Positions 1 to 13,985 of a stretch of DNA of 64,000 nt are shown here, one piece after another; the first letter of the stretch is position 1; every line of letters begins with the position of its first letter. The stretch lies in assembly GCF_009914755.1 (NCBI RefSeq), contig NC_060938.1; one strand, written 5' to 3'. Under the pieces are notes generated by a model. It ran no database searches and was not told where the DNA came from. It worked only from the letters and a program-made list of their open reading frames with translations. This stretch comes from the human T2T-CHM13v2.0 reference genome, Homo sapiens. The position numbers and the translations under genes were made by a program.

Positions 1-199
1 TTTGTTTCTATTCCATTGGCCTGTTGTCTTAGGTACATTAATGCTTCCACCTAGCTCTCTTTGAAGGGGGCCCTTTTAATCTTAGTGCTTTAGTTCCACC
101 AAAACCTGCTGGGATTTTCACTGGAATTGCACTGAATCTATTGATTAATTTTGTATACTTTTCAATTTATTTATGTCCTTTTCAATGTCTCTTTATAAA

Positions 200-1375
200 A
201 GTTTCAAAATTTTACTGAAGTATAACATGCATACAGAGAAATATACGAATTATAAGTAGACAGTGAAATGAATTTTCACAAAGCAATACACCTAAGTTAC
301 TAATATCCAGATTAAAAAAAAAAAAAACAAAAAACACAGAATCCCAAACCCCTCCAAAATCCCTTTTTTAGCTACTGACTTCACCCACAAGAGGAAACCA
401 CCTTGAGTTCTAATACATGAATTTTGTCCACTTTTGAACTTTATATAAATGGAATCAGTATGTACTTGTTTTCTTTCACTCAGCAGTATGCTTGTGAAAT
501 CCGTCCGTGTTGTTCAGAGTTATATTTTGTTTATTCTCTTTGCTGTAGTGTTCTACTGTACGAATTCCACCGTATGAATTTACCACAATATATTAATCTA
601 TCTATTGCAGATGGACATTTGAGTTATTTCTAATTGAACCTATTACAAATAGTAATAAGCAGCCGGGCGCACTGGCCCATGCCTGTAATCCCAGCATTTT
701 GGGAGGCCAAGGTGGGTGGATCACCTGAGGTCAGGAGTTTGAGAACAGCCTGGCCAACATGGTGAAAACCCGTCTCTACTAAAAATACAAAAAAATAAAG
801 TTAGCCAGGTGTGGTGGCAGGCACCTGTAATCCCAGCTACTCAGGAGGCTGAGGCAAGAGAATCGCTTGAACTCGGGAAGCGGAGGTTGCAGTGAGCTAA
901 GATCACGCTACTGAACTCCAGCCTGGGCAACAAGAGCGAAACTCTGTCTCAAAGAAAAAAAAAAAAAGTAATAAGCATCCTTTCACACATCTTTTGGGAA
1001 CATACATATGCATTTCTATTAAGGATATAACTGAATGTAATTGCTAGGTCATAAGTTTTGCCCTTAGTAAATACTGCCAAGGGGTCTTCCAAAGTGGATT
1101 GTGTCAGTTCATACTTCCACAGCAATGTATAAAGGCCGAGTTGATCCACATGCTCATCAATACTTCCTATTGTCTTTCTAGTTCGGTTTAGCCGTTCTGG
1201 GGGTATCGAGTGGTATCACATTGTGGCTTTAATGTGCATATCCCTGATCCACACCTTTTCCTATGTTTATTGTCCTTTGCATATCCCTGTCTGTGAAGGA
1301 TCTGTCCAGGTCTTTTCTCCACTTTTCTATTCAGTTATCTGTCTTTTGCTTATTGAATTTCAAGAGTTTCATTAT
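200..1375 (-). mobile_element. Old L1M 3'-region fragment, interrupted by an Alu
   Basis: Antisense L1 3' motifs (gatggacatttgagttatttc; aattgctaggtcata; ttccacagcaatgtataa; gtggtatcacattgtggctttaat). Confidence 0.7.
661..967 (+). mobile_element. Alu (AluS)
   Basis: Full dimer, A-tail, TSD AGTAATAAGC on both sides. Confidence 0.95.
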
Positions 1376-2100
1376 CTGAATCTATTAGGTTCTTGACTTT
1401 GTGACACTACATGGCAAAATTTTGCCTAGTGTGGAAATCCTAATGCATCCAAATCTATTTGGTTCCTGGAGTTCAAAATGAAAATGTAGATAATGAAGGA
1501 TACCTGAAGTCACTGTAGGTCTATTCCTGCTGATTCTGACTGATGTTACCTTATCTTCTGGTGAGCTTGGGTATTATGAGAACATGTATTCTGGAGATTC
1601 TCTGATGCCTAAAATGATGGTGCCTTCCTCCAGAGGGGATGTGCACTCTCCAGGCCCCTAGGGTCAGTCCAGGACTTCTTTAAACCAGTTCGGGGCACAG
1701 GGTTTTTTGGACCATCCAGGTAAGGTGATTTGGAGTTACAAACTCACAGAGACTGCCAGCACGTGCTTGTCACTTCGCAGAGATCAGGTTTTTCTTTACT
1801 TTCCTTCCTCTGCAGTGTTCAACACAAAAGAATTTTTTTTTCCCTTAAGATCTCCTGGGGGAGTGTTGGAGGGTTAGAGCGTAAAAGTGGGTTTAGGTTT
1901 ACTTCTAGATAATTCCTGACCTAAGGAAGCAGTCCTTTTGGGTCCTAACCTTATAGAGGAAGGTTTCCTATTAGACTCCCCACCTTTGCCAGAACATAAA
2001 CTTCAATTTCTGAACTTGCAGACCCTGAAAGAATAAAAACAATAAAATCCACCTTTCCTTCATTGGCATATGTCCTCAGAGGCAAAAGCAACTTCTGTGT

Positions 2101-2524
<424 letters not shown>

Positions 2525-2726
2525 TGAATAGTTTACTGACTACGTTACCAAAAATATAATTCCTTTAAGTTTGCAGACTGTCAATAATTATGGAAATGGG
2601 CAGGGAATCTCTTAAATGAAATGACTAAAATTATTTAGTAAAAAGTTGAAACAAGATCGATCAGTTCACATAAAACTGTACAAGATATAGTCAATCCTAT
2701 AATTTAGAGGTAAATCATAGCAATAA

Positions 2727-3045
<319 letters not shown>

Positions 3046-3231
3046 GGGACAAGTAATTTTCAAAGTCAGCTTCCCAGAGCCTCGCAAGAGTAGGGCACAT
3101 GAGAGGAGATGGCAGAGCATCACATCGGGAGGGGTCCAACCTTTTGCCATCTGGTCACCCAGAGCAGCTCCATCAATATTGATACCTAGACTTGACCAAA
3201 AATACCACACAGAACAGATAAGCATTACAAA

Positions 3232-3786
3232 TTGCGTCAAGGGTCCCAAGACCACCCCTGGTTTCGAGGCTTCTCTAGACGGACTCGCAGGACTCAGCAC
3301 ACAGTTGCACTCATGGCTATGGTTGATTACACGGAAAGGATACAAAGCAAAAAAACAAAGGGAAGAATCACATGGAATGAAGTCAGGAGGAAGCCAGATG
3401 CAGACTTCCTAGAGGCTTCTCCCATCAGAGGCACACAGATGTGCTTCCTTCTCCAGCAACAAGGTAACAATACGAATGAAGTGTTACCCATCAGGGATAC
3501 TCACTAGAGACTCAGTACCCAAGGTTTGGGGAGAGTTGGTGGCGTAGGCAGCCTATGCCTGGCACATACCAAAATTTCAAATTCCTAGACAAATAGCAGG
3601 TGTTCGGCATAAACTATATTGTGTGCAGAAAGCAATCCCAACAAAATAAACCACCCTTATCATGTAAGAAATGGTGGGAACCCTCCAAAAATCCAGGTTA
3701 CCAGATGTCAACCATGGACAACCTTGCAAGCAGGTCTTTCTAAAAATAGCAGTCTCAGGTCTGCTGTGGTGACTCTTTACTACACA
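3232..3786 (-). mobile_element. MER21-family LTR
   Basis: gggtcccaagaccacccc...caggactcagca...aaaggatacaaagcaaaa...agagactcagt resembles the recalled MER21 consensus. Confidence 0.7.
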
Positions 3787-4756
3787 CACAAGAAGAAATA
3801 TATCATTTAAAAATGATATTGTATGTCTATAAAATATAAAGGAATTATCTGATAAACTATTAAAATAAATAAGAGCTTATAAATATGACAATATGGAATT
3901 AATAATATGTTTATATACTAGCAGAAACATATACAAACCAACGAACAAAAGGTCCTATATGCAATAGCAACTAAAACATATGTAATGCCTGGAAATAATC
4001 TTAACAAGACATGTAGTGACAACATGAAGTAAAAATACAAATTATATTGAGAAATATAAAATAAAACTTGAAAAAGTAACCAGATGATTATTCCTGATTA
4101 GGAAGACTGGATATAAAAATAATGTTCAAAATTAATTTATAGGTCTAATGTAACCACAATCAAAATCTCTGCTGCTTTGAGTTCTTTCTTTAAAAGAAAA
4201 ACATAGGTTTTGGGGGGTTTTTGCCTACTTTGACAAAATGATCTCAAAGTTCACTCAGAGAATAAAAAGGGGAGAAAATTCAGAAAAAAAATATTTGTTA
4301 GATGGTGAGTCTTATTCTGTTTTAATCATCTTACAATGATATGATAATTAAAACAATGTGGTAAGTGTACAAAGAATGGCCTAGATCAATGAAACAGTTA
4401 AGTCCAAATACGGTCTTAGTATATGAATAACAAAGAATGCCTCACAAATCAATGAGGAAGACAAAAGTTGTCAATCTATGATTTAGGAATAACTGTTTGA
4501 CAATTTGGAGCACATTCATCTAAACCCTAATTTTTTTTTTTAAAGAAAGCCAATCCTGTCTGATCTTTTTATTACTGCAAATAGCCATTATGAAATATAA
4601 TGAAAACCAAGATGTGTTTGGCTTTGAAAAGGTTACAGTTACATTAGTATTTGCTACTTCTTTATGTCAAAAAAAAGTAGGTAAAATAAAAGGGCAGACA
4701 GGCCTGGGAAAAATATTGCCAAGAGTTAATGTATTTTATATATTAATAAAAATATA

Positions 4757-5310
4757 CAGTCACATATTGCTTAATGAAGAGATACATTCTGAGAAATGTG
4801 TGATTAGGCAGTTTGTAGTGAGAACATCATACCCCGTATTTACACAAACCCAGATGGTACAGGTTTGCACACCTAGGCTATATGGTATGGCCTATTGCTC
4901 CTAGGCTACAAACCAGTACAGCATGTTACTATATTGAAAACTGTAGGCAATTGTAACACAGTGCTAAGTATTTGTGTGTCTAACATATCTAAACATAGAA
5001 AAGGTGCAGTAAAAATATAGTATTAAAGGAAAAAATGGTTCACCTGTGTGGGGCACTTACCATGAATGGAACTTGTAGGACTGGAAGTTGCTCTGGATGA
5101 GACAGTGAGTGGGTGGTGAGTGAAGGTGAAGGCCTAGGACATTACTATACACTACTGTGGACTTTATAAACATTGTACACTTACATTACATTTATTTTTA
5201 TTTAAAAATAGGGTTTTTTCTTTGATAGTAAATTAACTTTGGCTTACTGTATGACCACCATATACGCAGTCCATTGTTGACAGAAATGGCTTCATCAGGA
5301 CATGGTTCTA
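4757..5310. mobile_element. Tigger3 (GOLEM)-family DNA transposon remnant
   Basis: cagtca...gatacattctgagaaatg...acacctaggctatatggtatggcctattgctcctaggctacaaacc is diagnostic of Tigger3. Confidence 0.8.
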
Positions 5311-6072
5311 TTATATCTTTATGTGAAGCAGAGGCGATAGTAGAAAGTATTTCGTCCATGGCCATGTGGTCTTGGATAAGTCATTTAGCTTCTCTAAACC
5401 TCAATTTCCTTCCTTCTTGCAGGTTGTGGCAAGGCATAAATATACATAAAGCTCTTGGCATAATATTCTACTCATTATGGTTGACCAACAAATGATAGCT
5501 AATTAGTAGTGGTGGTAGTGGTAATTATACTTGTAATGATCGTAAAAGCTCACATAACTAAGAAAGCATTGTCCCCAAAGATAAATGCGTAAAAAACATG
5601 AACAGAGAATTCTCAAAGGAGAAAATAAAACTCATGAACTTGGAAAAATGTTTGACCTCACCAAAAGTCAGAAAAGTTCAAATTAAAGCCATGAAATGGC
5701 ATTTTTTCACCCACCAAATTATCCAAACATTTTTTAAAAAGTAGTACCCAGTGGTGGGAGGGTGTGTTGAAATCGATATTTTCATACATTGCTGATGATT
5801 TATAAATTAGCACAACTGTGTTAGGAAGTAATGTGTAAATATGTACTGTCATTTCCCCAAAAGATCATATTCTCTGATTTAGTAATTTCAAGGCTGAGAT
5901 TCACTCCTTGGAACAGACCCCAAACATGAAAATGCTACATGCAAATGAATGTTCAATGTAGTTGTTCTTGAATAATTAAAAACAATCTAGCTGTCCAGCA
6001 GTGGGAGAAATTACTACAATTTACTCAGTAGATATGATAATTAGAATGTTACTCGGAAAATATAAGAAGTAA

Positions 6073-6705
<633 letters not shown>

Positions 6706-8429
6706 TACAATATGAGAAAATAAAACAGGAAGCAGCATTGTATGTGTATTGTATAGCAGACAAAAGTGGAAAGACATATTTCAATTTAGAAACAGTAATA
6801 TTAAAATGTATGATTATGGAGAATTGCTACTTTTATAATTTATAAATTATAGTTAATTAAAATTAGATTTTGATAATTATTTCCACATGAGTTCTTTCTT
6901 CTTTAAATGACACCAAAATTTAACCTCAAAATCTTGGCAAACACTGACAGCCCTGAGTTTTTTTATATTGCTCCTCTAGAGGGAGCACAAGTGCTTAAAA
7001 TACTTCATAACCATGACAATGTTTCACAATAGTCAAGAATTTTAGAAGGGCAAGAAAACACAGTAATCTACTGCAGTTTATCAGTAGTGTAGTCTGGTGT
7101 AGATAATCTAGTCTTAGATACAGAAGACACCCTCTAGCTATAAATAATTTATTTTCTATTATTAGAGCTGCTTTTAAGTGACATCAATTTTCTTGCATTG
7201 AATATATCATCTTTTTGAGTTGAAGTTCCCAGTAGACAGGAAAATGATGAAAAGGAAAAGAAAATCAAGGATGCAAGCTACTCTCAAAGTCCTAATGTTA
7301 CTGACATGGAATTATAGTTTAATAACTTTTCCTTAAACTTCCAAAGAAAAGTGCTATCAGCCCATTTAATTTTTTTTTTTTTTTTTTGGTTGTTGTTGTT
7401 TGTTGTTGGTATCCTATTAATGTTGAGTTCCGCAGAGCACCAAGAAAAGGAAAGGAAAGAATTTGTATCTTTGATGTATTAGTTAATTTGACTAGGTGCC
7501 TACCCAGGCAGGGCAAATCTGATCAACAATCCAATGTGTCTCTTGCTATGCCAATTGCAAAAGGAGATGGGGTTTCGCTTTGGACGGTCCTCAGGGTCAG
7601 CCACTTTCTAGCTCTGAGTCCACTCTAAATGTTCTCAAGTTTGTTCGATTTGAATTTCAAAAACCCTAATTACGGTGCATAATTTCCTTCTGTAACCCAG
7701 TTTTGCCACAAAGCTTCTTAGAATCAAGAGCAACATGAACAACCATAGCTTCTTCACAAGTACTTATTCCTCCTTCCATCTTTATACACCCAGACAACAA
7801 AAAAGGCAATAGAAGATGGGGATGATAGGAACCTGAGAACTCTTTTTTCTTCTGACCTGAACAATGAACATCTTTTCAAATAACATAACAAGTCGTAAGA
7901 GAACAGCAGATGAATTATTTCACATGGAATCTAGAGGTAGAAATGCCCCATAAAACTTTTCTATTTGGGGAAGGCTTGCTCAGGAATCTCATTTCCTCTA
8001 TTGGGTGTAGTCTAACAGATGAGATAAAAGGCCAGGATCCTGCAGGACCATCCCCGCTGTGGAGCCCTTGCCCAAAACGGAGGTGGTGAGCTTCACTCCC
8101 TGCCTGTCAGGACATCTTCATCCATCTTCTTTGCACTTTCAAACTACTACTACTACTTAGTATTGTAATCACTTTTTATTATTTAAAAGGATGTGAGCAT
8201 TGTAGAAAGTTACCCTCCAAAAACCCAAAACCCCTGCTAATTTAACTTAAGGTTCTCCAGCTTTCCATATCAATACATTTTTATCTTATCTAATATCTAG
8301 TCCATATTCAAGTTTCCACAATTTATTCCCAAAGTGTCCCGTATAGTTCATTTGTTCAACCCACAGCCCAATCCAGAACCATGCATTGCTTCTGGCTGAA
8401 ATGTCCTTTGAGTCTCTTGATCGAGCCCG

Positions 8430-8745
8430 ATTTCTCTTCTTCTTCCTCCTTTTTTTTGTTTTGCGACAAAGTCTTGCTCTATCACCCAGGCTGCAGTGTT
8501 GCAGTGTAATCACAGCTCACTGCAACCTCGACCTCCTGGATTCAATCAATCCTCCTGATTCAGCTTCCCAAGTAGCTGGGACTACAGGTGGGCACCACCA
8601 TGCCCAGCTATTTTTTGTGTTTTTAAATAGAGATAGGATTTTGCCATGTTGCCCAGGGTGGTCTCAAACTCCTGGGCTCAAGCAATCGACCCACCTCAGC
8701 CTCCCAAAGTACTGGGCTTACAGGCATGAGCCGCTGCACCCAGCC
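8430..8745 (-). mobile_element. Alu (AluJ-like)
   Basis: Antisense dimer with pyrimidine tail. Confidence 0.9.
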
Positions 8746-9407
8746 CTATCTTTCTTCTTTTTAATGACTCTGACTCGTTGAAGAGCCAACCAGGCCAGTT
8801 TTCCTAATTCCTGACTTTGTCTGCTTGCCATTTACCATGGCATTCAACTTGTTCCTCAACTGCTGAAGTTTACATCTGAAGTTAAAACTAAATACGATGA
8901 ATTCAAGTTAATTTTTAAATCTATCATAGATGGTGGTATACTTCACATTGCATCTTCATCATATTAGAGAACATAAATAGTAATTGCTTGCTAAGATTCA
9001 TCCCTAGGTTAGGGTAATACTCTAAGCCTTTTATTGAGTGACAGAATGCTGATTTTCTAATTCTGTCATTCTTCTACATTCTTGGCAAGCATTCTTCTGA
9101 AAATAGAACTTTCTCTTTCAGCTGGAGCTATTTGGTTACTCTAAGATACATTTCTTACATAAAGGTTAGATAAATGCTTAATTCTTTCTTTCATTACCAA
9201 TTGTCAAAGTATGAAGTCAATTGTCAAGCCATCTCAAATGATGGCTTACAAGTTCTCTTTTTGGCTTTCTCTTTTTTTAATGTCCCTATAGAAATATGGA
9301 TTTTTAAAATTTAGTGTGATTCAATTCATTAAATCAATATTCTTTTTGATGTTCAAATTGTTGCAAATTTGGGTAAGGGTGGGCTCCCAATTTGGACATA
9401 CTTTTTA

Positions 9408-9626
9408 TTTTTATTTTCCATTAAAAAATATTTTTAGCATTTCTTTTGTATTTGTCTACCTATTTATTTTTGTACATGAATAAGTTCTTTAGTGGTGATT
9501 TCTGAGATTTTGGTGCACCCATCACCCAAGCAGTGTACACTGTATCCAGTTGTAGTCTTTTATCTCTCACCCCACTCCCGCCCTTTCCCCCACTCCCCAA
9601 AGTCCATTGTATCATAGGCCTTTGCA
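9408..9626 (-). mobile_element. Severely 5'-truncated L1 (L1PB-like) 3' end
   Basis: gagattttggtgcacccatcacccaagcagtgtacactgta is an antisense L1PB-type terminus; 16-bp TSD TTGGACATACTTTTTA at 9392-9407 and 9627-9642. Confidence 0.8.
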
Positions 9627-9934
9627 TTGGACATACTTTTTAACTTAGATTTTACAGATAATATTCCTTCCTCTGGGCATTATCTCAGTCCCCAATTTAT
9701 GCTTAATATTTTCTGTTAATGTTCTTCTCTGTCATTGATTTAGAAATACTCTTATACCATATATCTGTGTACGTTTTGTCTACTATAAAAAAGTTTCACT
9801 TTTTAATTTTCAGGTTTACAATTCATGTCATAAAAACTATCCTTATTTGCCAACTCAGTGATTTGTTGTCCATTTTCTTATCAGTTTTCAAAATTTTATT
9901 GTTGTTGTCTCTTCTCCGACAACAACACGGTCTC

Positions 9935-11490
9935 GTGGAGAGGTAGGCAGGAGCCAGGGCATGAAGAGTCTTATATGCCAAGTTGGAGAATTTAGACTTT
10001 CACCTGAAGGCGATCAAGTGACATTGAACAGGCATTGCAGAGGAGTATCATGATCAGATCTCCTTTTTGGAATGATCAGGTGATCAGGCTACAATATAGA
10101 GTATTTCACAGACGTGAATAGGACTAGAGGCTGGAAATCCAGTGAGGGACCTAACCTGCAGTGATTTAAGTAACCAGCCCTAAGAAAGTAGCAGTGGGTA
10201 TACAGAGAAGTGAACAGCTCTCAGTGTGTTTAGAAGTAGTCACAAGGGCAAGATGCCATGGCTCATGCCCACAATCCCAGCACTATCAGAGGCCAAGGCA
10301 GGAGGATTGCTCAAGCCCAGGAAGTCGAGGCTGCAGTAAGCTAACGTGCCACTGTACTCCAGCCTGAGTGACAGAGAGGCCCTGAATAAATAAACAAACA
10401 CATAAGAAATAATCACCGACGGGATTTGGTGATTATTTAGATGTAGAGGCCAAGGAAGAGGAAAGAGTCAAGGATGACTCCAGGTTTCTAGCTTGGGCAA
10501 CTGCATGGGCAATGATGCCATCCACTGAGATCTAGAACAATGGATGTGAAACCAGCTTCACAAGGAAGTGTGGCATCCTGCCTTTATAAATGCCAAGTTC
10601 CACTACGTTTTATCCTCATTAGGATATTAATGACCACATTTTCCCAGTGAATGCACTTTTCTATTTCAGGAAGTAATACAGATCTTTTCTACTTGAAATC
10701 ACCAACATTCCCTCTTTTTTTCTTCCACAACCTCCTCATCCTGCGCTACCAGCTCCAGCACACTACCGCACCTGTGCCCACATACACTGGCTTCCATCCT
10801 GCTTCAGTGGAAGAAAGGCACCTGCTGCTCTCCATGGCACTCCTCTACTTGTGCCCAAAATCCCTCTCATGTTCTCAAGGTGTCTGCACTGGCAAGTACA
10901 CTTTTTCTCTTCTGTATCATCTTTTTCTCCCTCCCTTTAGGATGATTTCCATCTATATGCTATTATCCATTTTAAAAAGCAAACTTCTCTTGACCTCATG
11001 GCCCCTCCAGCTACCACTAAATTTTTCAACACCCTCAAAGCCCTTCAAACTCATTCATATTGTTGTCTTCATCCCTAGCTTTACTTTCTCACCTTTTATT
11101 TCTCCCCCATTCTCTTCCTTAGCTCCTCTCTATTCAGGTTTTTATTCCCACCATTCCACAAAAAGAGCTCTCAGCAGGGTCCCAGTGTACGTACATTCTA
11201 CAAAAGTCAAGGCCAGTTATCTGCACTCATCTTATTAGACCTTCCAGCAGCACTGGCCAAGTCTCCCACTCCGTCCTTCATTCATTCAACACATCTGTAT
11301 TGAGCACTTACTCTATGCCAGGCACTGTTTTAATCCTTGTGGTACAACAATCATTTAAAATGACAAAGATTCCTGCCCTCTGGAGACTTATATCCCAGCA
11401 GGGGGAAACAGTTAACAAACAAAAAACAATAAATAACTAGATTACATGGTATGTTAGAAGGCAATAAGGGCTATGGGAAGGAGAAAACAT
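9935..11490. mobile_element. Cluster of L2 fragments in both orientations
   Basis: gagtcaaggatgactccaggtttctagcttgggcaactg; ttcattcattcaacacatctgtattgagcacttactctatgccaggcactg (L2 3' end). Confidence 0.7.
10247..10403 (+). mobile_element. Alu monomer (FAM/FRAM-like)
   Basis: Single-arm Alu with (TAAA)/(CAAA) tail. Confidence 0.75.
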
Positions 11491-12041
11491 AGAACTCAGC
11501 AATAGCCTTGAAGAGTTTCCCTTTCAGCACATAATTATCCCTATAACGAAACACACCCTCTGTGACAATATTTGATATCAAGTCAAATTACAGAATACAT
11601 CTCTACATCCTCACATAATAAAAATGAATCACATTTTCATCTGCTATCTTTCTGAAGTCAGTGCTCTCCTCTCTCCTAATTCTCCTGGATTTGATGTGAG
11701 GACACTGGAGAAAACACAGAAGGAACAGCTGAAACTCGAGAAGGGAGAGTGGGGATTTGGTATTTCCCATTGCGATACTATGTATTGGATCCTGGGGGCA
11801 AGTAACAGAAATGGAAGTGGCAAACGTCCAGGGTATAAGCTGACTCCTTTTTTGCCCTTTTTCCAATTATGTCAAGTGATAGCTACTTTCTCACAGTAGA
11901 GAGTGAGTCAGAAATTCAAAGTATGATAAATGGTCCAGAAGTGAAATTCTCTGTGGGTTAATACTTTTTGTTTTCATGTGAAAGAAAATAAAGCTATTGT
12001 GTAAATATAATAATTATGGTAAGCATTGATTTTATACTAGG

Positions 12042-12517
12042 AATGGCAGATTATTTGCAAAAATGACTAAAATCATTCCTTCATCGCTGTATGCACACTG
12101 CTCCCATCAAGAGGTACTGTCTGTTTCCCCCTCCTTTTATCCAGTCGGGCCTTGGGACTTACGTTGATTAGCAGAATGTGGTGGAAGTGATGGTGTGAAA
12201 CTTCCGCATGTGGGCCTTACAACATCCACTTTCACCCTTTTGGAACATTATGCCACCATAGGAGCCAGCCCAAGCTAACCTGGTGGGAAATGAGACAAGA
12301 GCTGCCAGCTGAGGACTCCCAGACAAACCAATCCGCATTCAAGCCACCAGGAGACTACAGCCGCAAGAATGAGTCCATACAAGACCAGCACGAGAACCTC
12401 CTAGCTGAGTCCAGACCAACATAATTGACCCACTAAACATAAAACAATAAAATAACTTGGTTTCAAACCAATTCATTTTGAAGTGGCCTGTTATACAGAA
12501 ATAGGTAGCTAATATAC
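12042..12517 (+). mobile_element. MLT1 (F/G-like) MaLR LTR
   Basis: tggcagattatttgcaaaaatg...cccatcaagagg...gcagaatgtggtggaagtga...ttgaagtggcctgttatacagaaataggtagctaata. Confidence 0.65.
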
Positions 12518-12680
12518 TAGGTATTAAATATTTATTATTTATTAAAATGATAATTGTTTTAACATTGAGCTTTGTTCCTTTAATAAGTAGAATTTGAATA
12601 AGTAAATTTAATGTTTATGAAAAGAGATAACAGTGAGGAGTATATACTGGAACCTTTTTTTCAATAAAAAGTCCACTAGC

Positions 12681-13015
<335 letters not shown>

Positions 13016-13347
13016 TTATTTTTATAAAAATTAACCACATTATACATAGTGTTTCATGACTCACTTCATCCACTTGACATTGTAGATAACTACCCATGTC
13101 AATACATGAAGAGGTATATTTTTAAGTAGTTGCATAATATTCCATTGAACAGATACACATATTTGTACGACTCCCTTTTGACTGACAGCTGGGCTAGTTC
13201 CCAATATTAATGTACTATAGATAATACTGAAAGGAACTTCTTTATACTTACAACTTTGAATACTTACTGTTTCAGCCTCAGTTTTCTGATCTGTAAAATG
13301 GAGATATATCTGACCCCTCCTATAGAATTGTTATAAAGATTAATGAC

Positions 13348-13605
13348 ACTGTGGGAGGCTGAAGCAGGAGGACTGCTTGAGGCCAGGAGTTTGAGACTAG
13401 CCTGGGCAACATAGTGAGACCCTGTCTCTACAAAACTGAAAAATTAGCAAGGCATGATAGTGCACATCTGTAGTCCCAGCTACTCAGGTGGTTGAGGCGG
13501 GAGGATGGCTGGAGCCCAGAAGTTCAAGGCTACAGTGAGCTATGATTGTGCCACTTCACTCCCGCCTGGGTGACAAAATGAGCCTCTATCTCTAAAAAAA
13601 GAAAT
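13348..13605 (+). mobile_element. 5'-truncated AluJ inserted in a MIR
   Basis: Alu body begins at cactgtgggagg; MIR core (cctcagttttctgatctgtaaaatgg) lies upstream and resumes downstream. Confidence 0.85.
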
Positions 13606-13779
13606 AAGATGAATGAAATAATGCGTATGAAGCCCTTAGCGGTTTTAGGAATATAACGAGCCCTTAATAAACTGGTTTTGTCATCACTATTATTATAAAC
13701 TTCATTAGGGCACAGACCATGTCAGCATGGTCCCTCAGGGCCTGGCACATTATAAGTGCTCAACATTAAAACAGCTGAC

Positions 13780-13985
13780 ACCCGCTGAATGCTTTCTATG
13801 GGCCAGGCCCTGGGTTCAACTGGAACTTATGAAATATTACAGGTACTGCTATTATCCCCATATTACAGATGAGGAAATTGAGGCACATAGAAGTGAGGTA
13901 ACTTGCTTAAGAACAGAGCTAAAGTTTGATTTCACAGCAATCTGACTCCAAAGCCCATGCTCTTAAAACTATACCATGCTGCCTC
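13780..13985 (-). mobile_element. MIR
   Basis: attatccccatattacagatgaggaaattgaggcac...tctgactccaaagccc. Confidence 0.8.

Noticed and set aside
10651-11238. 195-aa ORF
   Set aside because: Lies in a pyrimidine-rich L2 remnant; Leu/Ser/Phe/Pro bias without motifs or splice signals.
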